From the NCBI GenBank assembly GCA_965221695.1, contig OZ244905.1:1696001-1760000 (forward strand): a stretch of DNA of 64,000 nucleotides, in the 5' to 3' direction. The first letter of the stretch is position 1. Each line of letters starts with the position of its first letter. The DNA comes from Gammaproteobacteria bacterium (GTDB taxonomy: Bacteria; Pseudomonadota; Gammaproteobacteria; Eutrophobiales; Eutrophobiaceae). The position numbers and the translations under genes are program-made. The notes under the pieces were generated by a model. That model worked only from the letters and a program-made list of their open reading frames with translations. It ran no database searches and was not told the DNA's origin. Positions 9,353 through 18,902 of the stretch are shown here, piece after piece.

Positions 9353-11572
9353 CTAAAAACTCAACTCCAGTTTAACGCCGCCTTCACGTCCGCGTCCGGG
9401 AGTGCCCTGGGCATAACCGAATGGCGCCACAGCCTGAAAATTCAAGGCCTGGTTAAAATAGTCCTTGTCTGTCAGGTTACTCCCGTAGGCCGCGATAGAC
9501 CAGCGTTCGCTTGCGGTGGTGTATTTGACGGTCGCGCTCAGCAGTCCGTAGCTTTCCACATTGATCCTGTTTAACGTGCTTGGGTTGCCGATAAACCCGC
9601 CGGTCCAGCCGTAATCCAACCGGGTATCCACCATCCCGTTGCCCAAATCCTGCGAATACTCGGCGCCGATGTTGTATTTGAAGTTGGGCGCTGTTCCCAG
9701 TTTATCGCCTTTCGTCAGGGTTACACCTTCTTCCACGTCGGTAATTTCCGTATGCATCAATCCCAGGCTGCCATCAAGCTGGAAATTGTCCGCTATCGCC
9801 CAGATAATCTCCGACTCCAAACCATAGGCCTCAGCGCCGGCGGCGCTCTGGACCACGGTCCGATTGGTGCCCTGAATGGAACGGGCAAATTGCAGGTCTT
9901 TGAAGTCCTGGTAGAACACTGTCATGTTCAGGCGCATACGCTGATCCATCAGGTCGCCCCGAAAGCCGATCTCGTACAGGTCGATGGTTTCTTCATCAAA
10001 CGGGGTAAGGCCGTAGTCATTTAACGGCAGGTTATTGCGCACCCGATCATTGATGCCGCCCGACCTGAACCCGCGCGCATACGCTGCGTACAGGAAAATA
10101 TCATCGGTGACTTGCAGTTCCAGGGACGCGCGGCCACTGATGGCTGACCAGGAATGGCTGTTGCTCTCCACCAGGTCGCCACTGTTGCCATTGGGGTCGT
10201 CGCCACGGTATTGCACTGATCTGCCGAGAAAGTTGGTTTCGGTGATGGTGATATCTTTTTCATCCCGGGTCCACCTGATACCGCCGGTGAATGACAACCG
10301 ATCAGTCAGGTCAAAAGTCCCCTGACCGTAGGCCGCATAGCTTTCTAGTTCATGGGGAAGTGTGTAGCGACCGCTGCTAATCGAAGCGCCGGGGACCGGT
10401 ATGCCCGGGTTGAAAACCGCCCCTTGAAAACGGCTGTCGTAGGATTCTTCGTGATAATAGAAAAAACCCGCGACCCAGTTCAGGCGGCTGTTCAATGAGA
10501 CCCCGTTAAGCTGAAGTTCCTGCGACCATATTTCGATATCGCGCTCGACTTCATGATTCTCGAACAGCGTTGCTTCCGTTGCGTCAAAATCATATTGTGA
10601 CTCCACATCCAGCTCCCGATATGTACTGGCGGACTTCACCGAGAGATTATCGGCAACATCCCAGTTCAGGGTGATCGCCGCGCCAAAACTTTGTGTGTCA
10701 TTGTAGGCTTCCAGGGTTGAGCCACTTTTTTCCGTGTCATAAAGCGGATCATCGGTAGGGTCGGTCCCAGCCGCAATCGCTTGTCTTATACCCGGCGAAT
10801 TGGGATTAATGCCCAGTAGCGAATTGGGCGATCCGTTGGTATCTGTATCGCTGTAATCCAATGAGACAAGCACTTCCAATTGATCGCTTGCATCCCAGCG
10901 CAGGTAAGCTCTTACCATGTCCGTCCCGCGGTCACCGAGGTCCTGGCCAAGCGCGTTTTTCTGGTAACCGTCCTGGTTCAGGGTTGCCGCGGATAGGCGC
11001 ACAGCCGCGGTATCGGAGATGGGCAGGTTAACACTGCCTTTCACATCTATACGTTCGTCAGAACCGATGGTCGCCTGGACTTTCCCGGCAAATTCGTCAT
11101 CGGGTTTTTGGGTGATATAACGCACCGCGCCGGCGGTCGCGTTACGACCGAACAGCGTGCCTTGAGGCCCGCGTAACACTTCTATCCGTTCCACATCCAA
11201 CAGGTGCAACAGGGAGCCGTCGCTGCGTCCGTAATAGGCATCGTCGATGTACAGCGCTACGGCCTGTTCCTGGTTAACCGCATTGCGATCAGCGCCCAGT
11301 CCGCGGATGATAATATTGCCGTTATTTGCGCCCAACCCGCCGCCTGCGCCGATGTGCACGTTCGGCAACTTGATGCTGAGTTGTTCCAGATCAGCGACAT
11401 TTTGCGCCTCCAGCGCTTCCGGACCGAAAGCAACCACGGACAGCGGTGTTTCCTGCAAACTTTCTGCGCGTTTACGTGCGGTAACAGTAACTTCTTCCAG
11501 CACGGACTGAGCAGGCACGACATTGCTCAGCAGAAAAGATAAACCGACCAGGACGATAGTTCGGATGTTCAT
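9353..11572 (-). CDS. TonB-dependent receptor
   Basis: LEEVTVTARKR, IEVLRGPQGTLFGRN, C-terminal Phe. Confidence 0.95.
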   Translation of the reverse strand: MNIRTIVLVGLSFLLSNVVPAQSVLEEVTVTARKRAESLQETPLSVVAFGPEALEAQNVADLEQLSIKLPNVHIGAGGGLGANNGNIIIRGLGADRNAVNQEQAVALYIDDAYYGRSDGSLLHLLDVERIEVLRGPQGTLFGRNATAGAVRYITQKPDDEFAGKVQATIGSDERIDVKGSVNLPISDTAAVRLSAATLNQDGYQKNALGQDLGDRGTDMVRAYLRWDASDQLEVLVSLDYSDTDTNGSPNSLLGINPNSPGIRQAIAAGTDPTDDPLYDTEKSGSTLEAYNDTQSFGAAITLNWDVADNLSVKSASTYRELDVESQYDFDATEATLFENHEVERDIEIWSQELQLNGVSLNSRLNWVAGFFYYHEESYDSRFQGAVFNPGIPVPGASISSGRYTLPHELESYAAYGQGTFDLTDRLSFTGGIRWTRDEKDITITETNFLGRSVQYRGDDPNGNSGDLVESNSHSWSAISGRASLELQVTDDIFLYAAYARGFRSGGINDRVRNNLPLNDYGLTPFDEETIDLYEIGFRGDLMDQRMRLNMTVFYQDFKDLQFARSIQGTNRTVVQSAAGAEAYGLESEIIWAIADNFQLDGSLGLMHTEITDVEEGVTLTKGDKLGTAPNFKYNIGAEYSQDLGNGMVDTRLDYGWTGGFIGNPSTLNRINVESYGLLSATVKYTTASERWSIAAYGSNLTDKDYFNQALNFQAVAPFGYAQGTPGRGREGGVKLELSF

Positions 11573-11659
11573 TTGTATTGTCTCCCCCGCTAATATTCCA
11601 GCTTACAATCATATTGGATGAAATAAGAGTTTTCTTATTATATGACGCCATTAAATTAA

Positions 11660-11810
11660 GGAACCTCTGATTAAGTCAGAGGTTCCTACGATACAAGGAT
11701 GTATCGTCAATATCAATGACTGTAAGGCATTGATATTGTGAGGAAAACAAAAATCGCATTTTTGTTTTCCGTACTCTGACAAGTCCAGGATGGACTTGTT
11801 CAGAGTTTTC
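11660..11810 (+). mobile_element. Family A long element, 151 bp, copy 1 (MITE-like, five hairpins)
   Basis: Flanked by TTAA/TTAA; ends GGAACCTCTGA...TCAGAGTTTTC; homologous 151-bp copies at 34589 and 57202. Confidence 0.9.
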
Positions 11811-11858
11811 TTAAATTATTATGCCATAATTCCCTTGTTTCCTCGGAGGCGTTAGATT

Positions 11859-12692
11859 TCAATAGTTTCGTAAAAATGACAGGGATGCTGCCGTAAATTC
11901 CGCCGGTTTTTCGATCATGGCCCAGTGGCCGCAGGCCGGAATGATATAGCCCCAGGATCGTTCAATCAGTTCCAGCAACCTGTAAGCGCAGTTCAAGGGC
12001 ACGACTTTGTCCAGTTTGCCGTTTACTACCAGGGTCTTATGGCTGACGCGGGCCATGTATTCATCGTCGTAGTAAAGACCGCCCTGTTCCCGTATCCAGC
12101 CCATCACCGCGTTATAGGCCTGTTTAGTATCCTCCCGTATCGAGAGACTGTGACGATAATTGACGAGTTCGTCATCGAACACGAAGTCCGGATTGGTCAA
12201 ACCGCGCACGATACGGACCATCCCGGCCGTGCTGTAATCGTAATTCATTATCGCTTTCAGTTCCTCGGTGATCGGCGCGCGCACCCCGGCGCTACCCATC
12301 AACACCAGCTTGTTCACCAGGTCCGGACGTTCTATCGCCACTCCCATCGCGGTGCAGCCGCCCATGGAATTACCGATCAGGTTAACTGGAGACAGGCCGA
12401 GCGTCTCGATAACGGCGATGATATGTTCGTTACGCGCTTGCTGGGTGTAGGAATACTCTGACGGATCCGGTTTGTCGGTAAAACCGAAACCGACCATATC
12501 GATGGCGTAGACGTGGAAGCGCTCGGCGAAACCGGCCATACAGCCGCGCCAGTTGCCGAAACTATCAGCGCCGGCGCCGCCGCCATGTAACAGGATCAGC
12601 GCCTCGCCGACGCCCGCCTCGTAATAATGGGTGTTGACCCCGTTAACGTCGATATATCTGTTGGTTGCGCCGGTTATAACTCGCGCCTTCAT
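11859..12692 (-). CDS. Meta-cleavage-product C-C hydrolase (BphD/CarC-like)
   Basis: LHGGGAG, GNSMGG, CGHWAMIE. Confidence 0.85.
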   Translation of the reverse strand: MKARVITGATNRYIDVNGVNTHYYEAGVGEALILLHGGGAGADSFGNWRGCMAGFAERFHVYAIDMVGFGFTDKPDPSEYSYTQQARNEHIIAVIETLGLSPVNLIGNSMGGCTAMGVAIERPDLVNKLVLMGSAGVRAPITEELKAIMNYDYSTAGMVRIVRGLTNPDFVFDDELVNYRHSLSIREDTKQAYNAVMGWIREQGGLYYDDEYMARVSHKTLVVNGKLDKVVPLNCAYRLLELIERSWGYIIPACGHWAMIEKPAEFTAASLSFLRNY

Positions 12693-12701
12693 AGTCTGCT
12701 C

Positions 12702-13919
12702 TCAATTCTGTCTGCGTGGTGTTTGTATGCCACGGGCGTGATTCACGACCAGTTTGCGCCATTCCACGACGAACTGGTCCAGGGAAAACAGGGTTTCCTC
12801 CTCCCAACCCCGCTCATCCTCGTAAAACGGTTCCATCGCTTCTCTGGCAAAGATATCATCGTCATTGAAACCGGACTTCAACGCAAGTTCTTCCCAACAG
12901 TTTTCGTATTGTATCCGGAAGTCCCGGCGATCTTCAGCGGTTTTACAGATTTTTGCTATCACCTGCCAGTAGACATGGTGTTTATCATCCGCCGGGACAT
13001 ACCATTCATACTGGGCCAGTCCATACTGCGGCCAGTTCTCCACGAATAACACTCCGGGCAGATACATCGTGACATTCAGTCCTTCACGGATGGTATTTCC
13101 GTAGGTTTTCACTCCCAAGCGTTTATTTTCAATGACATGCTCCAGTTTGGTGTAATCCAGCCCGATGCCTTTCGGCCAGCCACTGTCTTTGACGAGGATG
13201 GAGTCTTTATCCTTTAATTTTACTGACAAGGGGAAAGAGAGGTTTTGTGATAATAACAAGGGAGACAAACGATGAATCATCACATGACCCGGATCGCCTC
13301 CGCTTTCAGCAGCCAGACGCCAGTTGCCGACACAATGGCGCCGGATACCCAGTAATACCGTGTCTGCATCGAGCAAATATGCGGTCCTGTGTTGATAGTC
13401 ATCGGCAACACGATGCGGCAAATCGTATTCCAGTGGCTGTCTCGGGTAGTCTTCATCACCGACAAAAATGAAAATCATCCCGTTTACTTCCTCTACCGGG
13501 TAGGTACGCAAGGATATTTTCCCGATTAACGGGTCATCCTGCGATGCGATAATGTCGCTCAGAGCGCCGCTCTCGAGGTCATAGGTAAACCCGTGGTACC
13601 AGCACGATATGGTGTCCCTGGTCAGACAGGTGGGGCGAGCGGAAAGCCGCACACCACGGTGTAAACATTCATCCTGCAATGCGTAGACCTTACCGTTGGC
13701 GCGGCGCAACGCGATATATTCACCTGCAATCTGCACCCCCACTACATCATCATCCTTGATTTCATGGCTGAACAAGGCCGGATACCAGTGGTTTTTTATA
13801 CCCCATCTGGCATCGATGTAGGACTGCAGAAATTTTAACGGTTTACGGTTCCTGGAATGATCGGGACACATGTTCTGTGACGATTTAACCGGATATTGAA
13901 ATCTCCAGTCTCTATTCAA
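12702..13919 (-). CDS. Rieske oxygenase, CarAa/OxoO-like (N-heteroaromatic) family
   Basis: NHWYPALFS, CLHRG...CWYHG Rieske ligands, NWRLAAE..DPGHVMIH, GFNDDDIFARE. Confidence 0.85.
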   Translation of the reverse strand: MNRDWRFQYPVKSSQNMCPDHSRNRKPLKFLQSYIDARWGIKNHWYPALFSHEIKDDDVVGVQIAGEYIALRRANGKVYALQDECLHRGVRLSARPTCLTRDTISCWYHGFTYDLESGALSDIIASQDDPLIGKISLRTYPVEEVNGMIFIFVGDEDYPRQPLEYDLPHRVADDYQHRTAYLLDADTVLLGIRRHCVGNWRLAAESGGDPGHVMIHRLSPLLLSQNLSFPLSVKLKDKDSILVKDSGWPKGIGLDYTKLEHVIENKRLGVKTYGNTIREGLNVTMYLPGVLFVENWPQYGLAQYEWYVPADDKHHVYWQVIAKICKTAEDRRDFRIQYENCWEELALKSGFNDDDIFAREAMEPFYEDERGWEEETLFSLDQFVVEWRKLVVNHARGIQTPRRQN

Positions 13920-16218
13920 ACCTTATCGCTGCGGTAACCCCATACGTAGGTTCGGACAGGTTGGCCAGGCAGAGGTTGGATTCCACCAGGCCCTCCAGGC
14001 TGGTCATCCCCCGGCAGTACTCTTCGCCGTTCAGGTTCTTGCCCCAGGCGGCCACCTCATAACGCTCGCCGGGGCCGAAGCGGAAGGCGGCGCGCGCGTC
14101 AAGGTTCCAGACTCCCTCCTGCTGGCTCAAGTTGGGCGCGTTGAGAAGGTCATAAGTGACCTCGTCTTTATACCACCAGTTGGTCTGCACCGAGAACACG
14201 CCGCCGCTCACGGCGAACTCTTTTCTGACCAGACCGTTGAAGGTCAGGTCCGGTGTATTCGGCAGCTTGTTGCCTTCAAATAGCCCCACTATCTCGCCCG
14301 GGTTGTCGATCTCGCCATCCAGCAGTCCGACACCCGCGATCAACAGCCAACCCCCTTCAGGCGCCCATTGCAGTTCCACTTCCCCGCCTTTCAGACTGGC
14401 TTCGGGCACGTTCAGCAAACGCGGTATCGCCACGCCGATTTCAGGATGAACCAGGGGCTGGAATGAATGCAGGTTGCTCCAGTCGTAATAGAAGATCGCG
14501 CCGTTCAGTTGCAGGGAATTATTCATCCATGAAGTTTTGGCCCCGACCTCGTAGGCCCATAGAACTTCCGGTTCCACGCTTTCCGCGGCGTTGCCGAACA
14601 AGGCTTGCAAGGCAGCCAGACTGAAACCGCCGCCCTTGAAGCCGCGGGAGATACTGCCATACAGCAGCACATCATCGCTGGCCTGCCAGTCCAGGGCAAA
14701 ACGCGCGCCCCAATCCGTTGAATCATAATCCAGAATCTCCGCGGGCAGGAGCGATAAACCCGGCAGGTTCGGAATCTCATCCAGACCGGGCAGGAAATCG
14801 TTGCTCGCTGGCGTGCAGCCCGCGCCGACACAACGCACTGAAGGATTGTTCTGGCCTTGCTTGGTTTCCTTGGTCCATCTCAAGCCGACTGTGGCTGTCA
14901 GGTTGGACTGCATATCATATTCGGCCTGACCGTAAACGGAATAGACCTCGTTATCCTGGGTAACAATGGTATTCGGCACCAGGTTGAAATCTCTCGGTCC
15001 GGCCGGGGCCAGCGGGACCGGTGGTATCCTGCGCACCGCGGTAGCGTATTCACCTTCCTCGAAGAACCAGTAAAACCCGGCAATCCAGCGCAGGTCACCT
15101 TCGTCCGCGGACTGCAGTCGCAGTTCCTGGGACCATTGTTCGTATTCCCCGTCCTGGTAAAACTGGAAACCCATGTTGGGACTGGCATCCGAATCCTCTG
15201 CGAATTCCACTTCAAATTCCTCGTAGGCCGTGACCGATATTACCGTGAACGCATCCAGGTCCCATTCCGCCCTGAACGAGGTACCCCACAAATCGACGTT
15301 CTCCTTCATTTCCAGGTTGCCGAAAGTATCTTCCCAATCCTGGTACTGGTGGTTGAAACCGGTCGAATCGACACAGTTGGGGTTGTTCTGGGGAACAAGA
15401 TCATCAGCAGGAACGGAACAGCGCTGCAACCGATTGGCGGGGTCTTGCAGCCCGACATTCTTATAGGGATCCGGGTTGCTGCGGGAAATGCCGCCGTGGA
15501 CATTGAACAGCAGGTCCAGGCTGTCGCTGGGTTGCACGCGGAATTGGCCACGCATCGCCTGACGCTGGTAATTCCCGGTATCCTTGCCCAGGGTCTGGTT
15601 GTTCCACACGCCATCCCGGATGTTGCTGGAAAACGCAATACGCGCCGCCGCGTTCTCGCCCAGCGCCACACCGCCGCCGGCCTCTATGTCGAATTGATCA
15701 TAACGTCCATAGCCGGCCTCAAGATAACCGTTCAACCCGTCATCCACGTTCGGTTTGCGGCTGATATAGTTCACCGCGCCGGCCGTGGTATTACGCCCGA
15801 ACAACGTGTTCTGGGGACCGCGCAAAACCTCTACCCGCTCCATGTCGAAGGTGTTGAAGGTCACGGCAAAAGGCGAGTTCAGAGCCACATCGTCCAGGTA
15901 CACACCCACTGCGCCGACCACGTTCAGGTGAAAGTCCGCAGTGCCCACGCCGCGGATAAAATAATTTATCTTTGAGCCGCCCTGGGGCAGAATCGCTGCA
16001 TTGGGCACGTGCAGCATGATCTCCTCAGCGCTTTGCACGCCCAGCTCATCCAGGTTGTCACCGGTGAATGCTTGTACGGAGATGGGCACATCCTGCAGGG
16101 ATTCAGCCCGTTTCTGGGCAGTTACCACGATTTCCTCGAGTTGTGCGCTGACAAGCGACGGATTAAGAATAACGACTAAAAAAACAGTTAGTGATCGTAC
16201 AATAAACTTGGCTCTCAC
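13912..16218 (-). CDS. TonB-dependent receptor
   Basis: LEEIVVTAQKR, VEVLRGPQNTLFGRN; overlaps the oxygenase start. Confidence 0.94.
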   Translation of the reverse strand: MRAKFIVRSLTVFLVVILNPSLVSAQLEEIVVTAQKRAESLQDVPISVQAFTGDNLDELGVQSAEEIMLHVPNAAILPQGGSKINYFIRGVGTADFHLNVVGAVGVYLDDVALNSPFAVTFNTFDMERVEVLRGPQNTLFGRNTTAGAVNYISRKPNVDDGLNGYLEAGYGRYDQFDIEAGGGVALGENAAARIAFSSNIRDGVWNNQTLGKDTGNYQRQAMRGQFRVQPSDSLDLLFNVHGGISRSNPDPYKNVGLQDPANRLQRCSVPADDLVPQNNPNCVDSTGFNHQYQDWEDTFGNLEMKENVDLWGTSFRAEWDLDAFTVISVTAYEEFEVEFAEDSDASPNMGFQFYQDGEYEQWSQELRLQSADEGDLRWIAGFYWFFEEGEYATAVRRIPPVPLAPAGPRDFNLVPNTIVTQDNEVYSVYGQAEYDMQSNLTATVGLRWTKETKQGQNNPSVRCVGAGCTPASNDFLPGLDEIPNLPGLSLLPAEILDYDSTDWGARFALDWQASDDVLLYGSISRGFKGGGFSLAALQALFGNAAESVEPEVLWAYEVGAKTSWMNNSLQLNGAIFYYDWSNLHSFQPLVHPEIGVAIPRLLNVPEASLKGGEVELQWAPEGGWLLIAGVGLLDGEIDNPGEIVGLFEGNKLPNTPDLTFNGLVRKEFAVSGGVFSVQTNWWYKDEVTYDLLNAPNLSQQEGVWNLDARAAFRFGPGERYEVAAWGKNLNGEEYCRGMTSLEGLVESNLCLANLSEPTYGVTAAIRFE

Positions 16219-16282
16219 TGGCTTTTCTCCCCATTTTGCAAAGTTGTCATACTTCGGCCAAAGGCCGTGTTTTATATTTCTT

Positions 16283-16309
16283 GGAAGCTCTGACTTAATC
16301 AGAGTTTCC
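16283..16309. repeat. Family A short palindrome (27 bp)
   Basis: GGAAGCTCTGA-CTTAA-TCAGAGTTTCC. Confidence 0.85.
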
Positions 16310-16370
16310 TTCTTTTATATCAATTACGCATTGTAAACAATTTTTTACAAAAAAGTTATTTATATAAGGG

Positions 16371-17951
16371 CTAAAACAATCCGGACTTTATGTCCCGGTG
16401 CGGGTATTTCCGTATCAGGTCCATGTGTGACCCGACCAGTCTCTGAAATGGCACAACCGCCCACAGGTGGTTGTACATAGCGCCGAATTTTTCTGCCGGG
16501 TCGCGGGCGATATTGTACAGTTCATAGTTGGGCAGGCCACCTTTGGAACCGGGGATGATGTGCAGTTTGTGGTCATCCATGCGCGCCGCCTTAAGATCCT
16601 TGCCGCTGTAATGGAACAGGTAATTCCTGCGCCCGCTGCCTTCTCCATTGAGAAGCAGGGGCAACTGGTCGATACTGTCAATAACACGGTCAACGGGGAT
16701 ATGCTCCTCGGCGCCGGCAATTCTGGCCGCGGTGACAAACAGGTCGGTCACCGAGATCAGGTCCAGTGGTTGCTGTCCGGGTTCTATCATGCCGGGCCAT
16801 ACGGCAAACCCCGGCGTGCGCACGCCGCCCTCATAGACTTCTCCCTTGGCGCCGCGCAGCCAGGAATAACCGGCGTTGGGCCAGAAAGAATACATGGGGC
16901 CGTTATCACTCACCCATATGATCAGCGTATTTTCCTCAACGCCGGCTGCTTTCACCGTATCCAGCAACTGGCGGATATAGTCATCGTGCTGGGCCAGTTG
17001 CGCGGCCTGGTTGTTGCGGTAATCCTGCCCTTCACCGAATCGGTATTCCTGCGGCGAGGAGGCCATCTGCTGGGCATAGCTCGCCCAGTATACAAAGAAA
17101 GGCTGGTCCGACTTGGCCTTATCCGTGATAAATGCCTTGATTTTCATGATGGACTGCCGCTCCATTTCCACCATGGATTCAGAGGACATGGGCGCAACCT
17201 CCCGACGCCCTTTGCCCTTAATGCCTTCCAGCGCGCCCAGTATTTCGATGCCGTACTTGTCCCGATAGTCCTCAAAGGAGCCGGGAAAGTCATAAAAGTG
17301 ACCAACGCCGTCAACGGTTTGCGCCTGGTAGAACGCGTCCTGGTTGACCCAGGAATAGATGGCGCCGTTGTAAAGGCCATAATAAGCATAATCAAAGCCC
17401 TGGTTCTCCGGAGCGTGCCGCTCCAGGTCGCCCACATGCCACTTGCCAAACATCGCGGTATGATAACCTGCCGCAGACAGCATCTCGGCGACCGTCAATT
17501 CCTCCGGCGCCAGTCCTTGCGTCTGTCCTGGCCAGAGCACAATATCCACGCCAGTCCGCACCGGATGACGCCCGGTCAGCAACGCCAGCCGCGTAGGCGT
17601 GCAGGACGGCTCAGCGTAATGGGACAGAAACTGCATCCCCTGCTGCGCCAGGCCATCCAGGTTGGGGGTGGGCGTGCCGCGCAGCTTGCCGCCCAGGTAT
17701 GAACCCAGTTCGCCCCAGCCCACGTCATCGCCGAGCACGTAAATAATATTAGGCTTTTTTCCGAAACGCTGTTCGAGTTGCGCCAGTTTTTCATCAATGG
17801 CTCGGTTTTCCTGTTGCCATGCTTCGGCATTTTCCTGCATGGCTTTTTGGAATGGCGCGTCGGGTTGATATGCGTTGCTCTGGCTTGCGATCAGTAGCAT
17901 CGACAATAATACGGACAGTTTTAAGATGTCCGGTTTAATGAACGTATACAT
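16371..17951 (-). CDS. Arylsulfatase-family sulfatase (Cys-type)
   Basis: KPNIIYVLGDD, CTPTRLALLTG, GKWHVG, SDNG; signal peptide. Confidence 0.93.
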   Translation of the reverse strand: MYTFIKPDILKLSVLLSMLLIASQSNAYQPDAPFQKAMQENAEAWQQENRAIDEKLAQLEQRFGKKPNIIYVLGDDVGWGELGSYLGGKLRGTPTPNLDGLAQQGMQFLSHYAEPSCTPTRLALLTGRHPVRTGVDIVLWPGQTQGLAPEELTVAEMLSAAGYHTAMFGKWHVGDLERHAPENQGFDYAYYGLYNGAIYSWVNQDAFYQAQTVDGVGHFYDFPGSFEDYRDKYGIEILGALEGIKGKGRREVAPMSSESMVEMERQSIMKIKAFITDKAKSDQPFFVYWASYAQQMASSPQEYRFGEGQDYRNNQAAQLAQHDDYIRQLLDTVKAAGVEENTLIIWVSDNGPMYSFWPNAGYSWLRGAKGEVYEGGVRTPGFAVWPGMIEPGQQPLDLISVTDLFVTAARIAGAEEHIPVDRVIDSIDQLPLLLNGEGSGRRNYLFHYSGKDLKAARMDDHKLHIIPGSKGGLPNYELYNIARDPAEKFGAMYNHLWAVVPFQRLVGSHMDLIRKYPHRDIKSGLF

Positions 17952-18049
17952 GATTCTCCCCTGGAAATATTTGCCGCAGTTTATAATAATACTCGGTGGT
18001 CAGCGTCTATTTTAATCACGTTGGAGCACAAACGGAGGAATTTTATCTC

Positions 18050-18742
18050 ATGTCTATCGCTCATTTTCTTATCTTCAGCGCCAACAAGCCGGCAGCAACT
18101 GGCAAAGACGGGGAATTTCCCGAACAGGAAATAGCCGGGCTGGCAACTATTCCCGGGGTAGAACGTATTGATCGTTATGAACCCACGGAGTTTGCGGACG
18201 ACCCATATAAGGACGACCGCCAGGAGCAGGTTCTCACCATACAGACCGTTTACCGCGATATTGCCGCGCTTGAACAAGGCTTGGCTGCGCCAGCATTCCA
18301 GGATCTGGTGAAAACCGTCGCCGGCAAAGCAACGCACAGATTAAGCCACGAGGCCATGGAGATGCTGTTTTATCCGGTTGCGGATGAGAGTGAAGCGCGA
18401 GAATTGCGCGCGCCGGTCTCTTATGTGGTGCGCTACCATTATCCGGCTAATGACGTAAATCATTTCATCGATTATTACGTCAACCATCATCCTCAAGTGG
18501 AAAGAGGGTTTCCGGCAATCGCCAATATCATGTGCTACCTGCCGATAAAATGGCGCGACCCCACCGACCTGCCCGGCTTGGGATACATGCTTGGCAACGA
18601 GGTGGTGTTCGAATCTGTGGAGGATTTGAGCAATGCTTTGAAGTCACCTGTGATGGTCGATATGGCAGCAGATTTCGATCTGTTCCCGACCTTTCATGGA
18701 CACAGCACCCATTACCCTATGCGCCGGACGCGTATCGGTTAG
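18050..18742 (+). CDS. EthD-like dimeric alpha/beta barrel protein
   Basis: GGAGG RBS before ATG 18050; FIDYYVNHHP...FESVEDLSNALKSP resembles EthD repeats. Confidence 0.6.
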   Translation: MSIAHFLIFSANKPAATGKDGEFPEQEIAGLATIPGVERIDRYEPTEFADDPYKDDRQEQVLTIQTVYRDIAALEQGLAAPAFQDLVKTVAGKATHRLSHEAMEMLFYPVADESEARELRAPVSYVVRYHYPANDVNHFIDYYVNHHPQVERGFPAIANIMCYLPIKWRDPTDLPGLGYMLGNEVVFESVEDLSNALKSPVMVDMAADFDLFPTFHGHSTHYPMRRTRIG

Positions 18743-18775
18743 CCCGAATTTCTCTAAACTCTGATGAGCTGTTCT

Positions 18776-18888
18776 CCGCACACTCCCGATTGCATGTAAC
18801 TGTTGATATCAGCCAAGTCATGCCTGCATACCACTCCCGTGCAAACGGGAGTCCAGCCAAATACGTGCCGCCTGAAAGGCGACACTTT
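18776..18888 (+). repeat. Family C REP/REPIN-like element, partial copy
   Basis: CGATTGCATGTAACTGTTG...CCACTCCCGTGCAAACGGGAGTCCAG matches the copies at 24335-24495 (-) and 53783-53998 (+); boundaries approximate. Confidence 0.75.
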
Positions 18889-18902
18889 AATTGGCGAATA
18901 GC

